32,000 nt of DNA, from positions 30,001 to 62,000 of the forward strand of contig NZ_CP195536.1 in assembly GCF_051307035.1 (NCBI RefSeq). Direction: 5' to 3'. Made by a program: the position numbers and the translations under genes. Below, piece after piece: positions 17,069 through 26,167 of this stretch. The stretch's first letter is position 1. Each line of letters opens with the position of its first letter. Origin of the DNA: Psychrobacter sp. DM4 (GTDB lineage Bacteria; Pseudomonadota; Gammaproteobacteria; Pseudomonadales; Moraxellaceae). The notes under the pieces were generated by a model. It was not told the origin of the DNA and did no database searches. It saw only the letters and a list, made by a program, of their open reading frames with translations.

Positions 17069-17245
17069 AGTTCACTTCCCTGTAATAATTTTTTTCTTAC
17101 CGTAATATATAACAACGTTATTAGTAAACTAATATTCACTAATTTGATAACTAAGTATAATGAACGTTTTTTAATGTAAAAAGTGAAATATTATTACTAG
17201 CGGAAATAATGTATTATATCTAACTGAAATTGAGCCTAACAGACA

Positions 17246-17287
17246 CAAAAAAGCGCAGCCTTGTTATTCATAGTGCTGCGCTTTTTT
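17246..17287 (-). terminator. Rho-independent terminator downstream of the decarboxylase gene; right edge of the AT-rich islet
   Basis: aaaaaagcgcagc (17246-17259) / gctgcgctttttt (17275-17287) stem with 15-nt loop. A- and T-runs lie on either side. It starts 16 nt after the stop of 17303..18484. Confidence 0.7.
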
Positions 17288-17302
17288 ATAGAAATCTAAA
17301 AT

Positions 17303-18484
17303 CTAATCAATATAGACCACTTCTAAAGGCGGGAAGCCATTAAATTCAACTGAGGAGTAAGAGTTGGTATAAGCGCCTGTGGTCAACCAATAGATTTTGT
17401 CGCCAATCTCAAGCTCTTGCGGCATTTTGTAACCCGTTTCTTCATACATGATGTCAGCTGAATCACAAGTCGGGCCTGCCAAGACTACCGTACCTTCGCT
17501 AGTTGAGGTTTCCATCTTTGGTGTGTAGACAGGATATTTGATCGCCTCTCCTAACGTCTCAATCAGACCTTGGAATAAACCGACATCAGTATAAACCCAG
17601 CGAGTAAGATCGGTATGGGACTTGCGTGAGATAAGCACGACATCACTAACCAGTACGCCTGAGCCACCGACTAGCGAGCGTCCAGGCTCTAAGATAATCT
17701 CCGGCATATCATCATCGTGAAAATCCTCAGACAAATAGCGCTTGATCTCAGTAGCATAGATTTCTATAGGATTGACCTCACTGAGGTAGTTGCTTGGAAA
17801 ACCGCCACCTAGATTGATCATCTGCAGCTTAATGTCCTCTTCAGTCTTCATCCAGTCAAATATATATTTAACTTTAGTAATCGCGTCATCCCAGGCAGCT
17901 ACGTCTTTTTGTTGACTGCCAACATGGAATGAGATGCCATAAGGCACTAAGCCTAGCGCCTTTGCCTGAATGAGTAAGTCAATTGCCATATCAGGGTGAC
18001 AGCCAAACTTACGAGATAGTGGCCACTCAGCCGTTTGCGCCCCTTGTACTAATATGCGTACAAATATCTTTGCACCTGGCGCATGCTTGGCGATGTTCTT
18101 GAGATCAGCTTCTGAATCGGTTGCGTATAAGGTGATTCCTTTTTCAAAAGCGTACTTGACATGTTCTGCTTTTTTGATGGTATTACCATAAGAGATACGA
18201 TCAGGTTCAACGCCGCAATCGAGTACTCGGTCTAGCTCATAGATAGAGGCACAATCAAAGTTAGAGCCAAGCTCTGCAAGTAATCTAATCACTTCAACCG
18301 CAGGACTGGCTTTCATCGCGTAATGAAGTTTGGTATTAGGGAATAGCTCCACCATCTGATTGTATTTGGTTTTGATACGGCTTAGATCAACCACTAAGAA
18401 TGGGGTCTTGCGACCTTGCGCCGCTTGAGTAAATTTTTGCCAAGCGGCAGGGTCAAAATACTGATCAATTTTGATCATAGTCAT
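17303..18484 (-). CDS. Fold-type III PLP-dependent ornithine/lysine decarboxylase (eukaryotic-type ODC family)
   Basis: 393-aa ORF with PFLVVDL, the YAMKASP PLP-lysine motif (cf. YAVKCN/YAVKAN), HVGSQ, the GGGFP glycine loop, EPGR and CDS...Y. From memory it resembles the Pseudomonas-type SpeC ornithine decarboxylase. Confidence 0.8.
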   Translation of the reverse strand: MTMIKIDQYFDPAAWQKFTQAAQGRKTPFLVVDLSRIKTKYNQMVELFPNTKLHYAMKASPAVEVIRLLAELGSNFDCASIYELDRVLDCGVEPDRISYGNTIKKAEHVKYAFEKGITLYATDSEADLKNIAKHAPGAKIFVRILVQGAQTAEWPLSRKFGCHPDMAIDLLIQAKALGLVPYGISFHVGSQQKDVAAWDDAITKVKYIFDWMKTEEDIKLQMINLGGGFPSNYLSEVNPIEIYATEIKRYLSEDFHDDDMPEIILEPGRSLVGGSGVLVSDVVLISRKSHTDLTRWVYTDVGLFQGLIETLGEAIKYPVYTPKMETSTSEGTVVLAGPTCDSADIMYEETGYKMPQELEIGDKIYWLTTGAYTNSYSSVEFNGFPPLEVVYID

Positions 18485-18573
18485 AATGATAAACCTTTAT
18501 AAATATGAGATAAACTGAATGACAGACAGAATAAGCATACTAGTCATTAGCAATAAGATACGCCAAACGCTAC

Positions 18574-19116
18574 TTAAACGCTGCTTGGCTGTGCTTGTTT
18601 GACGTCATGTTTTTCACGTATTTTGAGCACTTTTTTGACTTTATCACGGGCACGTGTTTGTTTGAGACGAGATAAGTAATCCACAAAAACAACGCCGTTC
18701 AAATGGTCCATTTCATGCTGAATACAGACCGCAAGCAGACCTTCTACTTCTTTATCGATAGTCTCGCCGTTTTCATCCAAAGCTTCAATACGTACTTTGT
18801 TTGGGCGCTCAACCTTGTCATAGACCTCAGGTACCGACAGACACCCTTCTTCGTAGGGCTGCTTTTCGTCAACGAGTGGTGTCACTTTTGGATTAATAAA
18901 TACTATCGGCGTGTCTTTGTTTTCAGACAAGTCCATGACGATCAGCTGAATATGTTCATCCACCTGCGTTGCCGCAAGACCGATACCATCAGCATAATAC
19001 ATGGTCTCAATCATGTCGGTGATCAAGGTTTTAATCTCAGTAGTGACTTGTTTCACAGGCACTGCAATAGTACGCAGGCGTGGATCGGGATAACTTAAAA
19101 TAGGGCGTATTGCCAT
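18574..19116 (-). CDS. def: Peptide deformylase
   Basis: All three PDF motifs are present: [16 protein letters not shown] and QHEMDHLNG. Confidence 0.95.
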   Translation of the reverse strand: MAIRPILSYPDPRLRTIAVPVKQVTTEIKTLITDMIETMYYADGIGLAATQVDEHIQLIVMDLSENKDTPIVFINPKVTPLVDEKQPYEEGCLSVPEVYDKVERPNKVRIEALDENGETIDKEVEGLLAVCIQHEMDHLNGVVFVDYLSRLKQTRARDKVKKVLKIREKHDVKQAQPSSV

Positions 19117-19255
19117 AACAGCGCACCTTAGTAATAGCGGATAAAATAGGCATCATTATAAGTTAAATGAGGGCAAAAGTAATCGTTATCAAGGATATTT
19201 ACGATCTGTTCAGTCATACAGGTCAGTTGCGACCCTATGACCCAAATTAGTCAGC

Positions 19256-19286
19256 AAAAAAGCCTCATATTAGATGAGGCTTTTTA
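19256..19286 (-). terminator. Rho-independent (bidirectional-looking) terminator downstream of the GlsB/YeaQ-family gene
   Basis: agcctcat-attag-atgaggct hairpin (19261-19281), flanked by AAAAA and TTTTT. Confidence 0.65.
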
Positions 19287-19330
19287 TTTGAGTGGCGATT
19301 AACGTAGGTAGAAGTTAATCATAAGGCAGA

Positions 19331-19588
19331 CTATTTAAGACGACGTCTGTTCATAATCATCTCATACAAGAACAGTAGGATAATAGCACCTATCACTGAG
19401 AAAATAAGACCTGTGAACCCACCATCAGCATCGATACCGATTAGTCCTGCTATAAAGCCACCGAGTATGGCACCAACAATACCTAGTACGATCGTCATGA
19501 TCCAGCCCATAGCATCGTTACCTGGTTTAATGGCGCGTGCTAGCAGACCTGCTACCAAACCTACGATAATCATCCAAATAAAGCCCAT
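19331..19588 (-). CDS. GlsB/YeaQ/YmgE family (transglycosylase-associated) stress-response membrane protein
   Basis: Gly-rich small membrane protein (IIVGLVAGLLAR...GIVGAILGGFI). I prefer ATG 19588, preceded by AGGAGA, over the track start at 19612. Confidence 0.8.
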   Translation of the reverse strand: MGFIWMIIVGLVAGLLARAIKPGNDAMGWIMTIVLGIVGAILGGFIAGLIGIDADGGFTGLIFSVIGAIILLFLYEMIMNRRRLK

Positions 19589-19856
19589 ATCTATTCTCCT
19601 ATTTATTATCATTCAACAGCTATTTCTATGCTTTTAGCAATGAAGCCATTGTAAACACTTAATTAAAATTAAAGTAAGTAGAAATTGTTATCTATGTATG
19701 GGCTATGTGAGAGAGTTTATCCGTTTGCTATCAAGTAAGGTCGATAAGTAAGCATAAAGTTAATAAGTTGCTATTAATAGAAGGTATCTCCCAAAGACAT
19801 GTTTAATTGTACAGAATTAGTGCAAGCAAATTGAAAGTATCGAGCCGTCTCTAATT

Positions 19857-21341
19857 TTACTCTAATGCAGCTAGCAAGCGCTCGTGAATACCTTCAAAGC
19901 TCCCGTTCGACATGATGACAATAGCATCACCAGCTTGAGCGTTATCTTGAATATGCGTAATAATATCGTCAATGCTGCTCATTACTTGTTGCGCCTGCAG
20001 ATCTGTATGAGCATCTTTAGCTTGCTCTATGACGTCTTTTAGGCCCCATTCAAGACCTGTTGGCTCGTACCATAATGTCAGGTCAGCAAGCGCCGCTGAT
20101 TGCGCTAAACGGTCTTGATGGATACCCATTTTCATGGTATTGCTACGCGGTTCAATAATCGCCCAAATACGTCTATTTGCCAGTTTCTTTTTAGCACCGT
20201 CCAAGGTCATGCTGATCGCTGTAGGATGATGAGCAAAATCATCAAATATTAAGATATCATTGACCTCACCAATCAATTCCATACGACGCTTGATACCGGC
20301 GAAATTAGATAGCGCGGCGCAAGCGGTAGCAATATCAACACCAATATCATAGGCGGCCGCAATCGCTACCAAGGCATTATTGACGTTGTGCAGACCGCTC
20401 ATCGACCACTCAACAACAGCCTGCTCTTTAGCGAACCTCACCCGAAATTGACCGCCGTCAGCGCTAATCAATTCAGCCTGCCAGTCGCAACTCACAGTAC
20501 CATCTGAGTCAGTAGGAGTAATACTAGTGCGCCAAATAGGAGTCCAGACGCCTTTAACTAAGGTGTCCTCAAGGCTTTTAGTTTTGGCTGGCATGATGAT
20601 TTTGCCGCTACTTGGAATCATGCGTACCATATGATGAAACTGGGTTTGAATAGCAGCCAAATCAGCAAAAATATCAGCATGATCAAATTCCAGGTTGTTT
20701 AAAATAGCCGTACGGGGACGGTAATGAACGAATTTTGAGCGCTTGTCAAAGAATGCTGAATCATACTCATCTGCCTCAATCACAAAATAACCTGAAGTTG
20801 TCTCATGACTGTTTAGAGTGTGAGAGCTATCAAGATGATGCTGAGTATCTTGGCTGCCACTACCGAGGTAGCTGCTATGAGCAAACACTTTTTGCAAATG
20901 TTTGTCTGTGGTATCGACCAAAGGCACGCCACCGATCAAAAACCCTGTATCGATGCCTGCATAGTGAAGTATCCAGGCCAGCATCGTGGTCGTTGTGGTC
21001 TTACCATGAGTTCCCGACACCGCAATCACATGACGCGATTGAAGCACTTGCTCAGACAGAAACTGTGGCCCTGAAGTATAGCGTAAGCCGATATCTAGCA
21101 TGTATTCGATAACTTCCATACCTCGCGTCATCGCATTACCGACGACGACTAAATCAGGGGCAGGTTGCAGGTGCTCAATATGATAACCATCTTTGATCGT
21201 AACCCCAGCTTGCTCAAGCTGAGTCGACATCGGCGGATAAACGTTAGCATCTGAACCGGTAACCGTATGGCCAAGCTCTCTTGCTAGTAAGGCTAAAGAG
21301 CCCATAAAAGTGCCACAAATCCCAAGAATATGAATATGCAT
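19857..21341 (-). CDS. mpl: UDP-N-acetylmuramate:L-alanyl-gamma-D-glutamyl-meso-diaminopimelate ligase (murein peptide ligase)
   Basis: MHIHILGICGTFMGSLA N-terminus, the GTHGKTTTT P-loop, and IEADEYD.AFFDKRSKFVHY typical of Mpl rather than MurC. It contains a His/Ser-rich low-complexity loop (about 20790-20879). Confidence 0.9.
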   Translation of the reverse strand: MHIHILGICGTFMGSLALLARELGHTVTGSDANVYPPMSTQLEQAGVTIKDGYHIEHLQPAPDLVVVGNAMTRGMEVIEYMLDIGLRYTSGPQFLSEQVLQSRHVIAVSGTHGKTTTTTMLAWILHYAGIDTGFLIGGVPLVDTTDKHLQKVFAHSSYLGSGSQDTQHHLDSSHTLNSHETTSGYFVIEADEYDSAFFDKRSKFVHYRPRTAILNNLEFDHADIFADLAAIQTQFHHMVRMIPSSGKIIMPAKTKSLEDTLVKGVWTPIWRTSITPTDSDGTVSCDWQAELISADGGQFRVRFAKEQAVVEWSMSGLHNVNNALVAIAAAYDIGVDIATACAALSNFAGIKRRMELIGEVNDILIFDDFAHHPTAISMTLDGAKKKLANRRIWAIIEPRSNTMKMGIHQDRLAQSAALADLTLWYEPTGLEWGLKDVIEQAKDAHTDLQAQQVMSSIDDIITHIQDNAQAGDAIVIMSNGSFEGIHERLLAALE

Positions 21342-21426
21342 AAAATGTTTATACCACGTAGAATGAGTTAAAAATCAAAATTGGCTTATTGTAGCGTATT
21401 AATACCATACCTAATAGATGGACAAT

Positions 21427-21449
21427 AAAAAACGCCTAATACATAGGCG
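21427..21449 (-). terminator. Candidate Rho-independent terminator downstream of NlpE-like gene
   Basis: cgccta-ataca-taggcg hairpin (21433-21449). On the minus strand it is followed by TTTTTT (A-run 21427-21432). Confidence 0.45.
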
Positions 21450-21576
21450 CGGCTCGATAAGTGGTTCATAGATATAAGTTTGGGCTGTATCGACAATTAT
21501 TATTTATATAACAGCTACTAGATTATACAACAGATACTAGTTGACAGCTAAATGCTAAATTACTGACGTGACAGAC

Positions 21577-22185
21577 TTATTGACGCGATAAGCTATGATT
21601 GTCATCGACGTTTTTATTGTTATCCATCTTAAGCAAGTGATTGTCTTTAATATAATAAGACTCTGTAGCTCTATTATCATAGGCAATAGTAATCTGCTCA
21701 CTATCTTGACGATATACACCAGATTCTATCAAAGATGCCCGCGGTACTTCTGGATTGTTATACACACTAGTCTTAACGACAGTGCTATCTGCAAACAGAT
21801 TTAAAGTGACCTCAATATCATCACAGAACGTACAGGGTAGTATGCCACCATAATCACCTATCAAAATTGCCTGTAACTCGCTATCACTATTTGATAACAC
21901 TGTGCGCTTGGCTTGTGATATCTCAGTTGGCCGAGCTGATGCTATGAGCGATTGACCTTCATCCTCAGATTCGATATTGCTTTCTACATCTATGACCTCA
22001 TTCGTTTCATCAGATTTTTGTACGCTACTGAATGAAGACATCTGAGTCGAAGCCGTGTTGTTAGATGCTGAAGGAGAATGAGAATTATCACATCCTGTCA
22101 ATGCTAAAAGACATAGAGAAAGGCATGAGCCTATAAAATGCTTTGACGCACTACGGCATGAGACATGAGATAATTTTGGTTTCAT
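21577..22185 (-). CDS. Lipoprotein with NlpE/CutF N-terminal-like domain
   Basis: Lipobox LALTGC. GDYGGILPCTFCDDIEVTLNLFADSTV matches the Y.G.LPCADC.GI...L.L..D core of the NlpE N-terminal domain. A Ser-rich linker precedes it. Confidence 0.65.
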   Translation of the reverse strand: MKPKLSHVSCRSASKHFIGSCLSLCLLALTGCDNSHSPSASNNTASTQMSSFSSVQKSDETNEVIDVESNIESEDEGQSLIASARPTEISQAKRTVLSNSDSELQAILIGDYGGILPCTFCDDIEVTLNLFADSTVVKTSVYNNPEVPRASLIESGVYRQDSEQITIAYDNRATESYYIKDNHLLKMDNNKNVDDNHSLSRQ

Positions 22186-22490
22186 AGATACACCATAATA
22201 GCGTCGAAGGTATTTTGGGCTGCACGCTTTATGTAAGTCGTTAGTAAGTAAAGTTCAAGATAACAAAGGTTTCACTGTGGTTTGTGCGTTTTTTGTTATA
22301 CATAGAAACGTAAAACCAACAAAACAGAATTATGACTGAAAATAAGTCGTACTAATACAAGGTATTAGCACGGCTTAAGTATTTGAAATGACAGATTTAA
22401 TTTTTGAACTATACTGAACATATTAAGAGCAGTGATATTTTAAATAATTTGCTTTATATTCAATATAATTTATAACACTGGCATGAATAA

Positions 22491-23009
22491 TTAGATATAT
22501 CGAGTAGGACGTAGAATACGCAGTAGTATCATTACGTGAACGACTATAAGTAAACTAAAGAATATTAACGATTGCTCAGGAATACTCAAACCCAAAAAGA
22601 TCCAGTCGATAGTGGCGCACTCGCCTGAGCCTGCAAACACCTGGGTGAAGACCTGACTCATGGGCAAAGTGTCTAACCAATAATCCAAACCCGGTCCGCA
22701 AGAGGGCACTTGATCAGCAGGCAGATGTTGTAACCAGACATGACGCGCCGCTACCCCTGTCGACCAGAGGATACCTGCCAAACTACCAAGCCAGAGTACT
22801 ATTTTGATTGCTTTTGACTTGGGATGAAAGAGTGCAGCAAGCAGAGCAAAAACGCCCATAACAATTAAGCCGATGCGCTGAAAGACGCAGAGTGGACAAG
22901 GGGTGAATCCCATATAACGCTGCAAAAAGAACAGCGCATAACTCATGCCCAAGATAGCCATGATGACCAGCAGTATCTGCAACTGGCGGTAAGTAATTGT
23001 TTTTAGCAT
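22491..23009 (-). CDS. dsbB: Disulfide bond formation protein B
   Basis: Four-TM protein with CPLCVFQR (first Cys pair) and a second periplasmic-loop Cys pair (SCGPG...GECATIDW). I prefer ATG 23009 (MLKTITYRQLQ) over GTG 23078 from the track. Confidence 0.8.
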   Translation of the reverse strand: MLKTITYRQLQILLVIMAILGMSYALFFLQRYMGFTPCPLCVFQRIGLIVMGVFALLAALFHPKSKAIKIVLWLGSLAGILWSTGVAARHVWLQHLPADQVPSCGPGLDYWLDTLPMSQVFTQVFAGSGECATIDWIFLGLSIPEQSLIFFSLLIVVHVMILLRILRPTRYI

Positions 23010-23161
23010 AAAATAGACGCGCTTATATAGAATTAAAAAGCTCAAAAAATAAGGATTGAGTGACGAGTGTGAAGTCACATAGATTCTACTATCGTACTTA
23101 TAAACACCGAGATAAAAGAAATACGCACCTGTCGACCACTTTTTAATATCGCTTATTAAAA

Positions 23162-24739
23162 CTAACGATATTGCTGGATATAGTCCATAAAATCTTCCGT
23201 TTCACTGTCTTCAATTTCAGCCTGTTGTAGGATAGATTTTTCAGCTAGTACTTCGTACTTAGCTTGAATACTGGGACTCAAAGTCTGCTGCAATAACGAA
23301 TCACGATGCTGCTCTGCAAGCGTAAAGCCAAGTTTCCATAGGCTACCCAAGCGCGCACTATCTGAGTTCACTTGTGCTGAGATCGTTGACTCAGAATGTC
23401 CGGCTTTGCCTTGCATCAAAGCAACTGCTGCACGGTAATCATTGCCACCGTAATGGGCGTCCAAAAGCGCGGCTAGCGGCTGCATATTGGCTAAGTGTGC
23501 GAGCATCCACTGCTCAAGCGACTGCTCTTTTCCATTATTAATGATATGCAAATTATCAAGACGTCCTTCATTGACCACGCGCTCAAGGTTGATTGCTAAT
23601 GCCTCTTCCTCTTCAGGCATCAATTCCGGAGAGTCATTGAGCAAGCAATACAGCGCCATTACTTCCAAAAAGCAAGCACTAGAAAGACGAATCCCAACAT
23701 CACTATAAGGGTCCAAATCTATCGCGCGAAACTCGACATAAGCGATGCCGCGACGCTCCAAAGCTTCGGTTGGCGTCTCACCGCGCTCAGCAATCTGCTT
23801 GGGTCTGATCGGGCTGTAGTACTCGTTTTCAATTTGTAAGATATGATCGTTGATTTGGATAGGATGCCCACTAGCATCATTGAGACCGAGCTTCTCAAAG
23901 CTCTCGTGCGGCGTCTGAATAGCGCGGCGTAGTCCTTTGATGTATTCAGGTAGATGGTTGTAGCGGATATCGAGGTGCTCTTGGACACTATTGGTGTAGC
24001 CAAGCTTGCCCATACGCAAACTGGTCGCCGCAGGCTTATAATAAGTGGAGTCGTTCAATAGCTCCAAGTCATGCTCACGTCCTGCCAAAAAACACGGACA
24101 GACGCTTGGGCTAGCACCTAACAGATAGAGCACTAAGCTGGTCAAGCGCTTAAAGTTGCGAATAAGGCCTAAATACTTCTCGTTTTTAAATTCTGCTAAC
24201 GATTGTTCTTGAGTTACGTGTGCTTGCCATGCTTGAAATAGATCGTCACCGAACGATAAATTGTAATGAAGACCTGCAATCGTTTGCATCCGGCGACCAT
24301 AGCGTACGCCAAGACCACTACGATAAAGAGTCTTGAGCTTGCCTGTATTTGAGCTACCATAGTCGGCAAGTGGAATGTCTTCGTCATTTGATGAGAGCAT
24401 ACAAGGCATGGAGAGAGGCCACATTAGCTCCTCTTCAGGTAAGGCTTTGTATACAAGTACATGCAACTGACGCAGCATCATTAGCGTCTCTTTTGGCGAA
24501 TCTTTAGGGTCAGTGATGAGCTCAAGTAAGCTCTCAGAATAATCAGTGGTGATAAAGGGATGAGTTAATTTCGATCCAAGCTTTTGTGGATGCGGCGTTT
24601 GAGCTAGGTAACCATCCGCTTTGACACGTAGTCCTTCTTTTTCGATACCGCGTAGCATACCGACTACATGTTCGCTCTTAAACCAGCTTGGAATCTCAAA
24701 ATCAACAAAACTATCTACACGATTACTCATAAGGGTCAT
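23162..24739 (-). CDS. gshA: Glutamate--cysteine ligase
   Basis: 525-aa ORF collinear with proteobacterial GshA. Matching segments: RGIEKEGLRV, FITTDYSESLLELIT, YRSGLG.RYGR.MQ.I.G.HYN.S and AYVE.R..D..P. Confidence 0.9.
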   Translation of the reverse strand: MTLMSNRVDSFVDFEIPSWFKSEHVVGMLRGIEKEGLRVKADGYLAQTPHPQKLGSKLTHPFITTDYSESLLELITDPKDSPKETLMMLRQLHVLVYKALPEEELMWPLSMPCMLSSNDEDIPLADYGSSNTGKLKTLYRSGLGVRYGRRMQTIAGLHYNLSFGDDLFQAWQAHVTQEQSLAEFKNEKYLGLIRNFKRLTSLVLYLLGASPSVCPCFLAGREHDLELLNDSTYYKPAATSLRMGKLGYTNSVQEHLDIRYNHLPEYIKGLRRAIQTPHESFEKLGLNDASGHPIQINDHILQIENEYYSPIRPKQIAERGETPTEALERRGIAYVEFRAIDLDPYSDVGIRLSSACFLEVMALYCLLNDSPELMPEEEEALAINLERVVNEGRLDNLHIINNGKEQSLEQWMLAHLANMQPLAALLDAHYGGNDYRAAVALMQGKAGHSESTISAQVNSDSARLGSLWKLGFTLAEQHRDSLLQQTLSPSIQAKYEVLAEKSILQQAEIEDSETEDFMDYIQQYR

Positions 24740-24933
24740 CTATGGTTATTTATTATGGTAGATCAAAGCAGCACTAGCGCACGATCTAAATAGAGGCTGT
24801 CAAGGTGACAATTCGCTCAGTTTAGCCCAAAGCCGCTCTAAAAACTATGCACGCTTACAAATACGATAAGCTTCGTACAAGGCGTGTGTGCCACATTTTG
24901 CGCATACCTTTTCTCTATTATATTTTACAAAAT

Positions 24934-24961
24934 AAAAAGCATCTACCGCTTAGATAGATGC
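24934..24961 (-). terminator. Candidate Rho-independent terminator downstream of erpA
   Basis: gcatcta-(9 nt)-tagatgc hairpin (24939-24961). On the minus strand it is followed by TTTTT. Confidence 0.45.
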
Positions 24962-25057
24962 TTTGAAGTCATTTGACTGCGCTATGTAAAAGGTGAGAGA
25001 TTTGTAGTAGTGTCCATTCGCGCCTATGAACGAGCCAACGCGTTCATCTGCTTTAGA

Positions 25058-25438
25058 CTAAATAGAAAACGACGAACCACAACCGCAAGTAGTGGTTGCA
25101 TTTGGGTTTTGTACCACAAAGCGCGCGCCCTCTAGTCCTTCAGTATAATCAACGGTAGAGCCTTGTAGATACTGATAGCTCAATGAGTCGATGACCAACG
25201 TCACATCGCCATTATTAAAATCAGCATCATCTTCATTTAGGTCATTGGCAAAATTGAAGCCATAAGAGAACCCAGAACAGCCGCCGCCTGTCACATAGAC
25301 ACGTAGCATAAGATCGCTATCGCCTTCTTCTTCACGCAAACGGCGTACCTTTTGTGCAGCGCTATCGGTGAGGGTCAATATAGTGGGATCGACAGGCTGG
25401 CTTGAGCTTGGGCTGTATTGGTTGGCTGATTCGTTCAT
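25058..25438 (-). CDS. erpA: Iron-sulfur cluster insertion protein ErpA (A-type carrier, HesB/IscA family)
   Basis: GGGCSGF... and the C-terminal CGCGSSF(S)I cluster-ligand motif. I prefer ATG 25438 (MNESANQ) over TTG 25462. Confidence 0.85.
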   Translation of the reverse strand: MNESANQYSPSSSQPVDPTILTLTDSAAQKVRRLREEEGDSDLMLRVYVTGGGCSGFSYGFNFANDLNEDDADFNNGDVTLVIDSLSYQYLQGSTVDYTEGLEGARFVVQNPNATTTCGCGSSFSI

Positions 25439-26167
25439 ATCTACCTCGGTAACTAGGATCAATGGCTATCGTCTGGTTTAAATGCTTAACTGTCTTTTAG
25501 TTTGAGTTTTTGACAGCCGCAAACTAATAGCGTTTGATGCAATAGGGCGCTGTCATGACAGCGAAGTGGGTCATGCATTCAAGCGGTTATTCGGCGCCAA
25601 GCTTTTATCTGCTAGCAGTATATCATAATGGGGGTGAGGATTCGTTTGTCAAGAGAGGTGCTAGGTGACAATATCTGATTAGCGACAGCGAATAGGAGAG
25701 TGAACCAAGAGTTTGTGTCACTTAGCATACCCTAGTACAATGAACAATTGAATTTAATATAGTTATATAGGGCGTATTTGATAGTCACACCTACGCACTG
25801 ATAGAAACTGTTTTTTAGACGATTTGTGCTCAAAAATAGCAAGACGAGTGCTTTAAGGGGCTATTTTGATAATAAAGCGGTAAAAAAGAGTCCTGTCTCA
25901 TCAAGCGGATGTTAAAATGCGCTCACACTTCGTTGCAAGTCTAACTATGGTATATACATTATTATCGACTTGCGCCGCCTCTAGAAACCTTTTAGCTATC
26001 AGCAGTACCATGACTGAGCATCAAACACGTCTCAGTCGTTTGCCTATCGGTCAAGCGTTTGCAATAATAATACCCCGCTATTAGTTGCTTGAGAGTAATA
26101 GAGACGTGACCGAGTCAGACAAGTGTTGCTGGCTACCTTTTTTATAATTGTTGAGATAAAAAAAGAT

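Noticed and set aside
15099-17189. Short direct repeats flanking the AT-rich islet as possible att or target-site duplications: aagtgaaat at 15100-15108 and 17181-17189, and taaaaagt nearby at both ends
   Set aside because: The match is only 9 nt in very AT-rich DNA and could easily arise by chance. No integrase, transposase or terminal inverted repeats support a mobile-element boundary.
20790-20879. His/Ser-rich loop (HSSYLGSGSQDTQHHLDSSHTLNSHETTSG) in Mpl as a lineage-specific insertion
   Set aside because: The protein is longer than the E. coli enzyme as I remember it. Without an alignment I cannot show that the extra residues are located here. Low-complexity loops at this position may be common in the family.
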